Source: Podarcis filfolensis (taxonomy: Eukaryota). From it: DNA of 64,000 nt. Positions 39,934-53,394 of the stretch are shown in pieces. The translations under genes and the position numbers were made by a program. The notes beneath the pieces are model-generated. The model saw nothing but the letters and a program-made list of their open reading frames with translations, was not told the DNA's origin and did not search any database. Position 1 is the stretch's first letter. Each line of letters opens with the position of its first letter. The stretch lies in assembly GCA_964270895.1 (NCBI GenBank), contig OZ185440.1; one strand, 5' to 3'.

Positions 39934-42270
39934 CTGCATATATCAGGAAAAATCAGGATTTGTTATTTACATCTGCTGATAGATATTTTTTATTTGTTTT
40001 ATTTCTAAACAGACGTGTATGGAGAAAAACATAAAGCACAAACATCCATTACTGGACTTTGTCAATGACACACTTGGACAATACATCAAGGCCACATTGA
40101 ACAAGAACAAGCAATTGATGATTCCCAAAACATTGAATGGACATTTACATCTTTTGTGTGCACGTGTTTGTTTGTGTGTGTGTGTGAGAGAGAGAGCGAG
40201 AGAGACATTTCAGCTTTTATAATCTAACATTACCAATTTTGATGTTAAAATATGTATTACAGGAAGGGGCACTGGATAACTGGGGTAAAACTAGACACTC
40301 ATCTGTCAAGGATGATGTTTAGGGATGGTAGATGGGGCAGTGGAGGGGAGGATAGGCTCTGCTTATTGATTTGTGCCATGTTTGATGATTCCTCGGGAAC
40401 ACTTATATCTCTGGCTAACTTGCTAGTTGCACACATCAAATGATATTGTTATAAACAATTACATGGGTGAACATACTAGGCATACATGCCAAAGACGCCA
40501 GTCCAAAGAAAGATGACTCTGACTAACGTTGATAACACTGCTACTTATTATTTGGCATATAAACAACACATCTGTGATGATGGCCCATTCATTGTTCTAG
40601 TCATCCAAGTGATGTGGACCAGTCTTAACAAGAACCCTACAAACATACACTTCCATTTTGCCTGCAACCACACCTAGTAGTGAAGCAAATCAACAAATTA
40701 TCAACACTTCCTATTTAAAGCCATACTCTAAATATAAAATTAGAGTATGAGCCTAGGATAGCAAAGGCATTTTACATAATTTTTGCTCCTCCGTGCTCTT
40801 GGAAGCTAGACAAAGCCAGACGTGTTTTTTCAAAAATTATAGCAAAAGGTTTAAAAATAAGTAGACTGGGGTTTCTAGAGAATGAATTCACTTGATTTCT
40901 TATCATATCCAGCGAACTATATATGCAGAAAGCAACTAAAGGGAAAAAAATGCTTATGTGATAGCAGAAATAATCACTAAGTTTCTATGAACTTGTTGAT
41001 CACTATTTTGCTTTCTGATGAGAATTAGCAAAGGATTTTTTTTAATGTCCTTAGCATTAATTCTAAGTATTGCCTGGTAATTCTGATTTATTTCAGTGTA
41101 ATCAGAACTGCTACATGTTAAAAAGGATTCCTAACTGGTCATCTGCCTTACTTGGTTAGTATCTACACACATATATTTGTGATATCGAATGCTGGTCAAA
41201 CTCAGAGTAGACCCATTAGAATCACCTTCTATATATGTGAGTGTGTGCATTACAAACACAGGCACACACACAATCTCTTTTTCCGCATTCCCCTGGCAGA
41301 ATTAGAAAATATGTCCTCCACAGCTGTCCTTTAGCTGCAGTAGTGTGTCTCTCTTTCTTCATTAAAACATTCCCATTATGTGTCTTATTTCACTCATGCT
41401 AACGACAACAAAAATCACAGGAAAGAAGCACCAATGAAATAAAATTTTGCTTAATGTGAAATAATAATAAATCTAATGTTTTATTGCATTTCAACATGTT
41501 TGGGACATTTATCAACTAGAGAAGTTACAGCATTTTTGTGAGGGTAGGATTTTCTGTAACCATATTTCATATGCTTCCTCCCCACCACCCCTAATCCTCA
41601 CACTGTAATCGGCTTCCTCTTTAAAGGCAAGAGATCTGACTTATGTGTGCATGGTTCTCAGTTATAAGACTTGACACCTTGATGAATTGTGCATTGTTTC
41701 TGCTTTGGAAAGGGGCAAGTTGCAGGGTGGAATGTTTGGATATTATTTTGGACTACTGATCAACATGGCAGGCTACTGCTACGTTTGTTCCTTGTGCAAA
41801 GCAACCGGTTCCACCAATTTTAATGAAGAAATCAAGCTATTTTGTGCACCCCCTGCTATTCTATTAAATAGACTCAATAGTTTAATGTCATGTGCAACAT
41901 GGCAGAGCTCTGCCCCAGTCTTTTCTTTAAAAAACAAAACAAAACCCCGGCAATAATTTGTTCATTATACACACTTATCAGGTGAAGTTCAGAACATCAG
42001 GTTGCCTACTCCGATCTAGTGGATTAATTGCGTAACAGCAATTTTTTGAGAGTGCAGTTCTAAGCCTCTCTGTTGGTGGTTGAATGGGGATGGAGCTCAA
42101 GTTTTTCTCCACCAGTGAAGAGTGCCACTGGTGCTGATGAGACTCTGCTGCAGCCTGGTATATGAGGTGCTGGTGGCTTTTGGAGTGGAATATCAGTAAT
42201 CAATGTATCCATAGCCTGTGGTTCACCTAAGGGGCTTGATTCTTGAGTTCCACATCTTCACCAGTCTGGA

Positions 42271-42398
42271 NNNNNNNNNNNNNNNNNNNNNNNNNNNNNN
42301 NNNNNNNNNNNNNNNNNNNNNNNNNNNNNNNNNNNNNNNNNNNNNNNNNNNNNNNNNNNNNNNNNNNNNNNNNNNNNNNNNNNNNNNNNNNNNNNNNN
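42271..42398. other. Assembly gap (128 N)
   Basis: Run of N. Confidence 1.
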
Positions 42399-43997
42399 GC
42401 TTTCCCCACTCCCTGTTTTGCTCTGGCCATTTATGTAAAAAAATAAATTCTATACTACTTTGTAGGCCAATTGCCTCACAAAGTGGTGTGCAATCAATAA
42501 AATACATTAAAAGGCAATCAATACAACATTATAATAACCTCTCATTAAAACCTTTCTGGCTTCTGGCCCTGGGTTTGGATTGCTTTGGCTGTTAATCTTC
42601 AGTCGTGCAATGCAATCTTATGCATGACTCCAGAAATAAGTCCTCCTGGGTTCAGTGGGTCTTATTCCTTATACGTTTATTTAGAGTTGCAGTCTTGGTC
42701 ACATTTGACCTTTGAACTGTCTAATATCTCCTCCTCCAACCTTGTGATGCCACAAAAAAACCCCCACATCTCACTGAAGAGGGTTTTGGTATCTACCCCT
42801 TTATCCATGAGAACTAGATTTCAGAGGTTCTTAGAGATATCTTTATTAGTCACATCCTGTTACATTCTCAGCCTATTTTGATCTGCTCCTCCCCTCTCCT
42901 ACTTCAACTACTGGATCCTTCAAGCATCTTCCTTTAAAAATAATAATGGTACAGAGCCTGTTCAGCTTTAGATTGAAGCTACTTCCACTGGGCTGAACCT
43001 TGAATTATTTTTAAGCCTTGTTCCACCGCCAGTATATCAATTATTACATTTTTCCCCCCTATGACAAATATGGCCCTCATTCTAGGCATTGAGCTTTTCA
43101 TTTTTTTTCCAATTTGTGGCTGGATACAGCATGAACACTACCCAATCTCTGCACATTTGGCTTTTAAAAAAATGCTTGAATAGTGGGATGAAAACTTCTG
43201 AGTCACTCAGAGATTCTTCTGGAGGCTGCCTGTGAAGTCTTTAGGTAACTGGAAAAGATGACTCATTCTCAACAGGCTTCAATCAGAATCCTTTAATAGC
43301 CAGGCCATATAATAGCCACTCATTCATTTACCGCAATTTGTTAAGAACTCTCTTTTCCTGAGCAGCAGGAAAATAACATAATAGTTCTGAGATCTCTGCA
43401 GGGGTATAGGTAAGTCTGAGAAGAAAGATATTGAATTGTAAAATGCAGCCGGTGATCTCAAAGGGCTGTTTTTTTATTATTAAAAAGTGCAGGGGTTGTG
43501 GATATGCACAAAGACAGAACTTTTTATTTATTAAATTTATATGCTATTACATTTCTTCCAGAGATGAAGTTGAGATACTTTTAATCTGATTTAGCATTTT
43601 AACTTTTGTATGTTTTAAAGTATGGGCGTACGTCTGTCTTAATTTTATCTTTTTATGAACTGCTTAGAGGGTTTTTAATAATAATAATTAAGTGGTGTAT
43701 AAATCTTAATAAATAAATGACATTCAAAAAGTACCCACATAGTTTACCAGTCAGGTACTGACAAAGATTTGCTTTGCTTTTGTAAAATTATCTTCAGCAG
43801 CTGTGTTTTTTTGAAAGAGATGTTCAGATTCTGATGATTTTTTTAAAAAATCACCCAATGCCATATAAAACATTTTCATACTTAATTATGATGTTTTGGG
43901 CTTTATGCTGAACAGTGTGCTGTGATAGTTGCTAGTAAATATTTATTTTTCATTATTTTGATTATGACATGTATACAGGATATACAACATATGCAAA

Positions 43998-44000
<3 letters not shown>

Positions 44001-44046
<46 letters not shown>
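44001..44046 (+). repeat. (TAA)n microsatellite
   Basis: Direct reading. Confidence 0.98.
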
Positions 44047-44393
44047 CAAACGCAAGCTTTCATACCAAAAATAGGTAAGCTATAATGTTATCAGTTACTC
44101 CAAATTATTTAAAGTGTGGGGGAAGCATATTCTTATAAAATGCTTAGCTCACTGTGCTTACCGGTATCAGCCCCACTCCTCTGGGGAATTTCTTATGGTT
44201 ATTTTGATATCAGTAGCATGGGTCAGACCTATACAACTTGCTAAACAAAATGCATCTATGATATATGGTGATTTTTTCCCCTTGCTGGAAGCGAAACCAG
44301 GAAATTTACTGAGCCACTAGTGGATTATCGCACATGGCTGGTGACCTGTGTTAGGCTTCGTGGGTCAAAACTGAAAGTCCACTGAAAATACGG

Positions 44394-44529
44394 CAGGCTT
44401 CCTCAACCTCAGCCCTCCAGATGTTTTGAGACTACAATTCCCATCATCCCTGACCACTGGTCCTGCTAGCTAGGGATCATGGGAGTTGTAGGCCAAAAAC
44501 ATCTGGAGGGCCGAGGTTGAGGAAGCCTG
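44394..44529. mobile_element. Young palindromic hAT MITE
   Basis: TIR CAGGCTTCCTCAACCTC / GAGGTTGAGGAAGCCTG; perfect 8-bp TSD AAATACGG. Confidence 0.92.
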
Positions 44530-44537
44530 AAATACGG

Positions 44538-44574
44538 CATACCCTCCAACATTTCTCCGATGAAAATAGGAACG

Positions 44575-44614
<40 letters not shown>

Positions 44615-44907
44615 TACCCCTCCTGTCTGACTGGGTTGCCACAGCCACTCTGGGTGGCTTCTAACATATATAAAAACATTAAAAAACTTCCTTATACTGG
44701 GCTGTCTTCAGATATCTTCTAAAGCTTGTAAAGTTACTTATTTCCTTGGATCGGGGGTTGCATAACTCCAAAATTCTCCAACCTTTCTCTGATGAAAATA
44801 GGGGCATCCTAAGGAAAAGCAGGACATTCCAGGATCAAATCAGAAACCGGGATGGCTTCTGTAAGCCCGGGACTGTCCCTGGAAAATAGGGACACTTGGA
44901 TGGTCTG
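44538..44907. mobile_element. Composite non-autonomous DNA element carrying an (AAT)n-tailed L2-like fragment
   Basis: Termini CATACCCTCCAA / TTGGATGGTCTG; internal direct repeat ctccaac.tttctc.gatgaaaatagg at about 44544 and 44776; flanks ATACGG / ATATGG. A short reverse remnant lies at about 48488-48525. Confidence 0.65.
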
Positions 44908-46299
44908 ATATGGAGATCAGAATGAGGCCAGAGGATGCGATACCACTCCCTCTTCTATCTGTTCTGTATATATGGAAGAAAGGAATGAACAAGACAATAT
45001 TTGGCATGTGATGAAAGGTCTGAATGTTTAACAGGGCTAATGGCACGTTTTGGTCATGGTATGGTCTGCTAGACAGGTGTCTATAATGTAACACATATCA
45101 ACCAACCAATCACCATTCACTCCTTTTTCTCCACAATAGGCATTGCACTAATTAATGGAATTAATTAATTATTCTTGGTTCTTACCTTAGCCAAGAACAG
45201 ATGTAGACTTTTAAGGGTGGTTCACATAGTCACTTGGCTGAAAAATGGCCAGAGACACAAACATAATTGATGAATTGGTGTTTGTTTGAGGGTGGTGGGC
45301 AGCACATGCTGGATCCTTGCCTAGGTGAGAGTAAACTGGCACCAAAATGATGTTTTTCTATAATAAAAGTGAGGGATATGACTGGTAGTGAGTGACATGT
45401 GGTGCTGCACAAGATGAATCTTTAGACAACTAAATATGTTATATGGCCAAAACATACATAGCACATGATATCTGTGATTGGCTCTCCTGATTTTTTCACC
45501 TTTGAGAACTTTCACCCATTTTTGAGGGGTGTGGGGAAGAAAGGGGGCGGCTCTCCCTTCTGCTTTTTGCCTTTCAGGCGATCAGGGAGAAGTTCAGCAG
45601 TGTGGGAAGAGCAGTTACAAGGATTCTTGCTGTGTTTTGTTGGCTGGCCTCCACCATTTATATTTTCCAATATTGCCTCAGAAGAATGTTTCATTATGAC
45701 ATAGTGTCATCCTCAGCAGCATTCTGGGAAGAAATTGGTGCCCCCCCCGTAGCTCCTAGCAAAGCTTAAAAAAAATGGGGGTTGTCTGCCTTAGAAGTTA
45801 TGAGTTTAACTTCTCCCACCACTGAAATTCAGTCCCCAGGCCCTGAAAATATGGAAACACCTATCCACTTACATAACCTTTGAATGGGTCACAAAAAAGC
45901 CCTGGTTATATGTTCCCAGGCCTGTCCACAGTTAAGTTGGACCCTAGAACCTACACTGGCAGAACAGGGGGTGGGGTGGGGGGAATTTGCCCATAGAGGA
46001 ATCAACAGCTATGCTTCTCATAGCATGGAGATAAACATTCTCACTAATACCTGCTAAAGACATAGCCACAACACAGCTACAAGTTGGCAACGCCAGCTGT
46101 GACCTATCTTTTTAATCTGATACGTGTTTGCTTCCTCCAGTACCAAGGTGGATAACTCTGAAAACTACTGGCAGATGGGCTTCCCTAAGGCACATGTACA
46201 AAGAAATGAGTGACCCCTTTGTTTTTTTCAGAGAAAGCTATGTGAAATCTGTGGGCTCTCAAACCTCAGGAACCAGATTGTTGCTAGAGTGATCAGATG

Positions 46300-46445
46300 C
46301 AACGGAGGAAAGGGCCTGTGTACCTTTAGCGGTGGTAGAGGAGAGGGATTTCCAGCAGGTGTAACTTTCCCTCACCCCTATCTGACAAGCTGCATCTGCT
46401 AAAATTCCCTCTTCTCCACACCTATTAAAAGCACAGGAGTCCCGT
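46300..46445. mobile_element. Internally palindromic MITE-like repeat
   Basis: gaggagagggatttccagcaggtgtaac is inverted against gctgcatctgctaaaattccctcttctc. Confidence 0.55.
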
Positions 46446-46825
46446 CTTTCTCTTCATCTGGTCACACTAATTGCTGCTGCCCTTAGGCCTCTTCCGGGGA
46501 AAGAAAGTGAGCACTGGGGTTGCTAGGCAACCACTCCTGGTCTGCTTACCGAGAAGAGAGAAGCAGGAAATTTGTTAAACTATTCCAACTGCCTGCCTCC
46601 CTCCTTCATGACAGAGGACTGTGTAAAACGTATAATTGCATACCAGTGTGCCTTAGGCTGGGGTGGGAAACCCTGTGGTCCTCCAGAGGTTGAAGCCCAA
46701 ATCCCATCAGCTTCAGCCAGCTTGGCATATAGTCGGGGCAGATGAGAGCTGTAACCCAACACCTGCAGCTCCCAGTGTCTCTTCCATCCCCTGCCTTAGG
46801 CCCAACTGTGGACATTTTAATAATA

Positions 46826-46869
46826 ATCAATCTTTATTACGGTCCAGAGACCCAACAAATCATTACAAA
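46826..46869 (-). mobile_element. 44-bp LINE 3'-end insertion with a 12-bp TSD
   Basis: Reverse complement ...ggtctctggaccgtAATAAAgattgat(tatt); ATTTTAATAATA on both flanks. Confidence 0.6.
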
Positions 46870-49800
46870 ATTTTAATAATATATTTAGTCTTTTCTGAAC
46901 GTTTATTGCAATACTTATGGTATGATACTTGTAAGTCGCTTAAGGATACCCCCCCCCCAAATGTAAAGATAGACCATGACCTAAAGTTGACATTATTTTA
47001 GCTGATAAGTATGGGCAAAATTCAACTAAGGAGATCTATAAGCAGAAGCCCTGTGCAAGGACTTCTCATTGGACAATGGGGCTTTTCCCCATCCTCCCTC
47101 TGTGGTGGGGGTTCGTGAGATGCTCCACCACTTGGGCAAATAAGAGAGTGGGGATCATTCTGTTTAGCAAGCTGAAATGCTCATGCAGCCTGAACATTCA
47201 GAACAGTACAATGGTGAAGTCCACTCTTCATTTTCAACTGCTTTTTTTTTAAAAAAAACCCTATTAATTCTTATTTTTAATGACAATTTTAATGTATACT
47301 TTATATTCTCCACAAACCTCTTGGGAGATTTTATTCACAGTTAGGCAGCACATGCATTTTCTGTCTCATTCTGTTTTGTTTGCTTGGAGCAAGGGACTGG
47401 GTTACTGTTCACACTTGTGAACGAACCTGAAACTTGTCCTTTGGTTGGGCTATTTTTCATCAGAAAGGCTTGCCTGATTTTTAGGGCAATGTTCCAAGCA
47501 GCACAGTGGCTGTGTCTAGCCACATTTAATTTCCCACAGCACCCCAGGGTCTGAGAATTGCTTAAGTGTCTGCTGTACAAGGGAGGAGGATGGGAAGCAA
47601 ACCAGAGTAAGTTGAATCTGCTTCAAGTGATGTCCCTGGCCTGGCCTGTCATTAACCGCTCACCCACCCCACCAGTGGTTCACTGCATTGTGCTATTCCA
47701 ATTCTCTTCTAGTACCAGTGTTGGATTAGTAGCGCCCCAATCATCAGTTTAAGTTATGCACGCAGCAGCAGCAGAGCTCTGCAAGGATATTCTGAGCTCA
47801 CCTGCCAAAAAGATGGCTGTGAAGGGTTGGGGTTCAGAAATTCAAAAAGTGGCCTGCATTGAAAACATTTTGGGGCATCATAATCCCCATCGATTACTGG
47901 TTGGTTTGCAACATAAAAATATAAAATGCATAGCATAATAGCAGAACACCCCATAGACATATTATATATTATAGGGTATGGTTTTCCTAATATAACACCA
48001 TCTAGCTATATCACATGGCCACATTCAAGTTTATTTTTTCTTACTGCCCAATCCTAGGTGTGTTTATACAGAAGTATGCTCCAAATAACTCAGAGGGACT
48101 TGCTAGGAAAACATGCCTAGGATTGGGTTCTTACTTGTCTTAAAGTGAAGACAAAATTCTTTACTTTAAGAGTTTAATTCCATTTCCCACTCTGGCCCAC
48201 CATTTGCTGCTGAATATGTTTTGAATTGTAGTTCTTCTATAATGACTACAGCCAGATCCAGTGTGAGAGTAAATATTGTATTAAAAAGCCTTGCTTTTCT
48301 CTCTGTTCTTTTCTTTTTTTAAAAAAAGGAAACTGTTAAGATCAGCTTACTGCTGCAAAAGCTAGAGTCAGGAGAAGTTAAATACGGTGCACAGGAGGTA
48401 GGGAAGAGCCCTCAGCAACGTGTGACAACTTTTGTGTGTGAGAAAGGGGAGGTGAATGTGAGAACAGGAGTGTTACAAGTCTCAAGGGTGTCCCTATTTT
48501 CATCCATGAAATGCTGGAAGATATGATAACACAGAAATGAAATGATGTTTTCTTCCCATTTCTTCTTTCAATGAGAACCCCTGCAATGCTTCAGAGATAA
48601 TCTCATACATCTTAAAGTACAGGAACATAAGACTAAACCTGCTCAATCAGGCCAAAGGTCTGTGTAGTCCAAGCTTTCTCTTTGTAGCCAGCCAGATGCC
48701 TTTGAGATATCGAAAAAGCAGGACATGAGAGTTACAGCGACTAGCAATCATCGTAACTATTAGCTAGTGAAGGCTTTTCCTCTATGCGTTTATTTAATCG
48801 CTTTTTACAACTGCCTTAAGTTAGTGGCTGTGTCATGTTTCGTGATAGGGAATAAGAGTCAACCTACACAGGCAGCAACAGAATCACTTGGTACAACTTT
48901 TTTACTTGGGCTGTACCACTTTCTACTCATGACAGGAGACCTCAGGTGTAGGCACTGTTCTACAAAAAGGAAACTTTCTGTGAATGGTTATGCAAGGCTG
49001 ATAAAATAAACACTCTGGTAGCAAATCTCAGTGTAGTTTATGGCCAGAATGGTTTCCCTAACACTCTTGAAAGAAGAGTGGGCAGGAGGGAAATCTTTCA
49101 GTGTCTCTGAATATTAGCTCTTTGGAAACTTCTGAATCCTCCTTTCCACAGAGCAAAAGATTTCATTTTTGCGCAGAGGTACCCAAACTTGAGATCCCAC
49201 TGTAGCGTATTTTTAAAACCATGTTGGCCTCAAGTTATGTGGTCGACTTGCCACCATACTGACGAAACAGCCCACCTTGCAGAATGGTTATTGCTTCCCT
49301 TTCCAGTATCTCATAATTCTAGTAGCAGGATCAGAGCAGTTTAAGAAAACACAGTTAAAAAAATTAAAATTAAAAAGCTTTTTTTAAAAAAGAAAGTTTC
49401 ATTTGAAACCGTCTGGTTTGAAAAAAATGCTAACATGACACAAGCAAGCTTTATGTAACTAGGAGTTAATAATGCAATTCTAACCATATCTACTCAGAAG
49501 TAAATTCAGCAGACCTTACTCCCAGGTAAGTGGGGTTAGGACTGCAGCCAACAGATCTGTTTCTTATGGGTATGCTTTATTTAAAATGAGGGTGAATGTA
49601 ATTTAGAGTGTAACAACCCAGCATTTAGCACATGATATCAGTAGCATTTTTCTCCGAATATAGCTTTTTTTACTTGGGACAGAGGTGCTGGAAAGCCTTT
49701 TCTGTTGCTGCCCCCTCCTTTTTACTTCATTCTCTACAAATCTTTTTCCATATCTGGTTAATTAATGTATGTGTGCAGTATACAGTCAATTTGTACATCT

Positions 49801-50261
49801 CATTAGTGTGAATTATTATGCTGAAGACAACTAGGCTTGCCAATATTGTAACCGATGACCGTAGCTGTGACTTTAACAGCAGCTTGTCGTTCAGACATTA
49901 GCAAGTGATTATATTTTTCTCCATGCTGTGAAAAGTGTCACCTGCAGATTGTTATTTTTTGCACACCAAGCAACCACTAAAGCCAGAAGAGGCGGCCTGT
50001 CTAGGCTTGTTTTAGCCAGTTGTCAACGTCATAGGCAGTATTATTTATTACTGAGCAAACGAAATGGTTAGGATAATTGAAAATCTTCTAATGCAAACAG
50101 AAATTATCTTGATTAGAACTACTAAATCAGTAGTATACCCTAGTTTCAACATTTACCTGCAATTGAAGATGGTGTCAAATCAAAGAAAATTATATTGGGT
50201 ATGTAACAGCTCCCATATGATCACATTTGAAGAAAACAAAACACACAGTTCTTAACAAAAA

Positions 50262-50464
50262 CAGGCACCTCCCGATTTGCGTGGGAGTTGAGTTCCAAGT
50301 CACTGCGTGCTTGCGTGAAATCATGTGCAATCTAAACACCTCATTCTGCCCCTGCTCTGCTCTGCCAAACCCCGTTCCACCCTTCTAGTGATGTATTTTA
50401 TAATGTTTCTGGGTCACTTCCAATTTTAGTGCTGTGTGTGCGTGCCTAAAATGGGGGTTGCCTG
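50262..50464. mobile_element. Tigger-like (Tc1/mariner) MITE
   Basis: Termini CAGGCACCTCCCGATTT / AAAATGGGGGTTGCCTG; right flank TA. Confidence 0.6.
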
Positions 50465-53068
50465 TAAACAACTCCCTTCACCCTATGTTGCACCCGAAAG
50501 GGTGGAATTCAACATAGTTGTAAGTAGGGTATGTATGAACAGAAGGAGGTCTTCTCATGCAACTGGGCTTTCCTTATCTCCCTCAAACCCACCTAAACCT
50601 CTTCTGTGAGTTCCCCAAACTTCCAGGGAAGATTTAGGAGGTACAGAGGGAGGAGAACAGGGAAAGTCCCTTTGTATGAGCGGACTTCGTTCCACTTATG
50701 CAACAACTTAGTTGAATCCTGGCCTAAGCCATTTATGCTTACTTAGGAGTTAGATGCCCTTCAGTGTAATTCCGTGTATATTTACTTAGATGTAACTCTA
50801 CCTGAATTCAATAGGACTTACTCCTAGGTAAGTGTACATAGGATTGAGCCCTTAACGCATGGCTTCAGTGACATCCATGCCACACAATGACTCTTGGCCA
50901 CAATTGATCACTTGTGTGGGGTGGTGACCCCCCCCCCCAAGAGTCCTAGGAACTGTAGTCTCGGAAAGGTGCTAGCAGTTGTAGTTCTGTGAAGGACAGT
51001 TCCCAGGATTCTCTTGGGGGAAGTGCTTTAAATGTATGTTATGTATGCAGCTTTAATTGAGGGAAACTTTACATGAACCTCTAGTGGTGCGGGATAAACC
51101 ACAGTGGCGGCGGCAGCAACCACGTTGCTAGCTCCTATTATACATATTGGATCCGACTCCATAAATGGGCCTATCTCCCTCTCAACTTAGAGGCAATTAC
51201 TTCTAAATAAATATGCATAAGAGTGGACTGTTTGTTTGTTTATAAATCCTTCAGCCTCTAGTGTTGGACGTGGTTCTTGGAGAGCACTTTGCTGGGTGGG
51301 CGGCAGGGCTCTTCAGAATTGGTGCCAGCCTTACATACAATATTAATTTATCTTTTTCATTGTTTATGAAATGTATTTATATCCTATCCTTCACCCCAGT
51401 GTGGAGTCTATTAATATAGTAGTACAATGATAAATGTCAACATGGCCTGCAAAGTATATTAGGTTTGATATCTCAATGAGGACTAATTGGAAAACAGTTG
51501 TGTGTCCCCGCCCTCGTGTGTTTGTGTGTGGTGTTGTTGTGGTGGTGGTGTATGTGTTGGGATGGGTCCTTTATAGCACCCTGGCCAAACACAGCACCTT
51601 CTGTTACCACGATACCCCCAGACACACACACCCATAATTCCCTGTGGCATAGGGACTTTGCTATTGGTTGGTTTACCACATTGCCAGCTTTCTAAAGACA
51701 ACTGCCTTTCACTGTACAAAACAACACTTAGTGATTGCTGATCCACAGCCACTCATGCAGTAAAGGGACAATTGTTCTTTTTCAAGTGGAAAACATGAAG
51801 TAGTAGTAAGCTGGTTTTGAGAATTGACTCCGATATACTTCCTAACATGGTTTTAGAATGTTTGGCAGATTTTAGAGTCCAAACTTCATGCTTCGCTTTG
51901 CATGGTCATAAACGTCTATCCATTTTTAGAAGCAAGTCTAGGCAAGGACACATTTTGGTGCAATTGTCTACTCTTAAGTCTTACTCAAACTAATGCCATA
52001 AGCAGTATTTTCTGAAAAGGACAATCATCAGTTAGTTTTTCCAAAACAACAGCATCATCACCATATTTCTTGTACAAATACTATATATTATGACCAGAGT
52101 AGATATGTCAATTAACACGTCAATTTCACTTTCTCATTTTCTCAACCTTAAATTTGGTTCATCCCCTTTCCTTATTTGCAAAATAAGAGGGGGAAAAGTC
52201 TGCACAGGAATTTATCTGCATTTTTGCATCCCTTCTCCTACTAAACACATTTTAACAGAATTTTGCCTAATTTATACATTTTTGCAAGCAGTTTCTCCTG
52301 AACTGCAGAAAGCAGATCTGACGTGTATGTCATTTTGCCTAATATATGTATTTTTGTATCACAATTTTTGGATGGAGAACGGAATGCCACTTGAAGAAAG
52401 AGTCACTTAATACTTGGGAAAGTGTAAACTACATTGCTCACATTAAAATGTGAACCAAATTTCTCCCCTTCTCCTATGTAGTGTAGGAGAAATTTAATCA
52501 AGGAAAATAGTGTGGCATAAATGACTGAATCCTCCCTTCCTGAGTCCAGCAGCCAGGAACGGACTTGTCTGCCTATAACTATTGCTATTACGACATTGAC
52601 TGTTATTGCTGTTACTTTAAGAGGGAGATCCTGTTCATAGGTCTTGGACCTTCAACTGTGTTTAAAATTTTATCCTAAGTCTGCACCATGTGTCTTGCAG
52701 CCAATAGGTTGTAAGATATGTGTGTCGTGTCCATGTCTTTTACTCTTTCCATGAGCATTTGGGGAGGTGATTCCTCTGTCTCATCTCCAGTTCCATTTTG
52801 CGGCTTCAGATGGTTTGCACAGATGTGAATGAGGGGAAGGGGAGGCCCAGAAGGAAGTAGATTTTTCTTTCTCTTTCTTTCATATGCATTTGATTTTCAA
52901 GCTTGGTTAGAAAAATTGTAGTGGCGTCCTACAGCTTTTGGGTTGCTCTATTGGTCCTGGATTGTGGTTAGCAGTGCTGCCTGCATTCTTGCTATTCAAT
53001 CTGTATATTGTTATGAGTGTGTGTGCTAGACACCCTAAATTCCTGGGTCTAATCGGTGTTAGAATATA

Positions 53069-53328
53069 TCGTATTTTTTGCTCTATAAGACTCCCTTTTT
53101 CCCTCCTAAAAAGTAAGGGGAAATGTGTGTGCGTCTTATGGAGCGAATGCAGGCTGCGCAGCTATCCCAGAAGCCAGAACAGCAAGAGGGATTGCTGCTT
53201 TCGCTGTGCAGCGATCCCTCTTGCTGTTCTGGCTTCTGGGATTCAGAATATTTTTTTCCCTTGTTTTCCTCCTCCAAAAACTAGGTGCGTCTTATGGTCT
53301 GGTGCGTCTGATAGAGCGAAAAATACGG
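53069..53328. mobile_element. Tc1/mariner (Tc2/pogo-like) MITE
   Basis: TIR (T)CGTATTTTTTGCTCTAT / ATAGAGCGAAAAATACGG with TA on both sides; internal perfect hairpin. Confidence 0.85.
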
Positions 53329-53394
53329 TAATTACAATTTGGTGTTAAAACTGGTGGCTAGGCCCATGTGTGCATTTGAGCTGTGTACTAGAAT

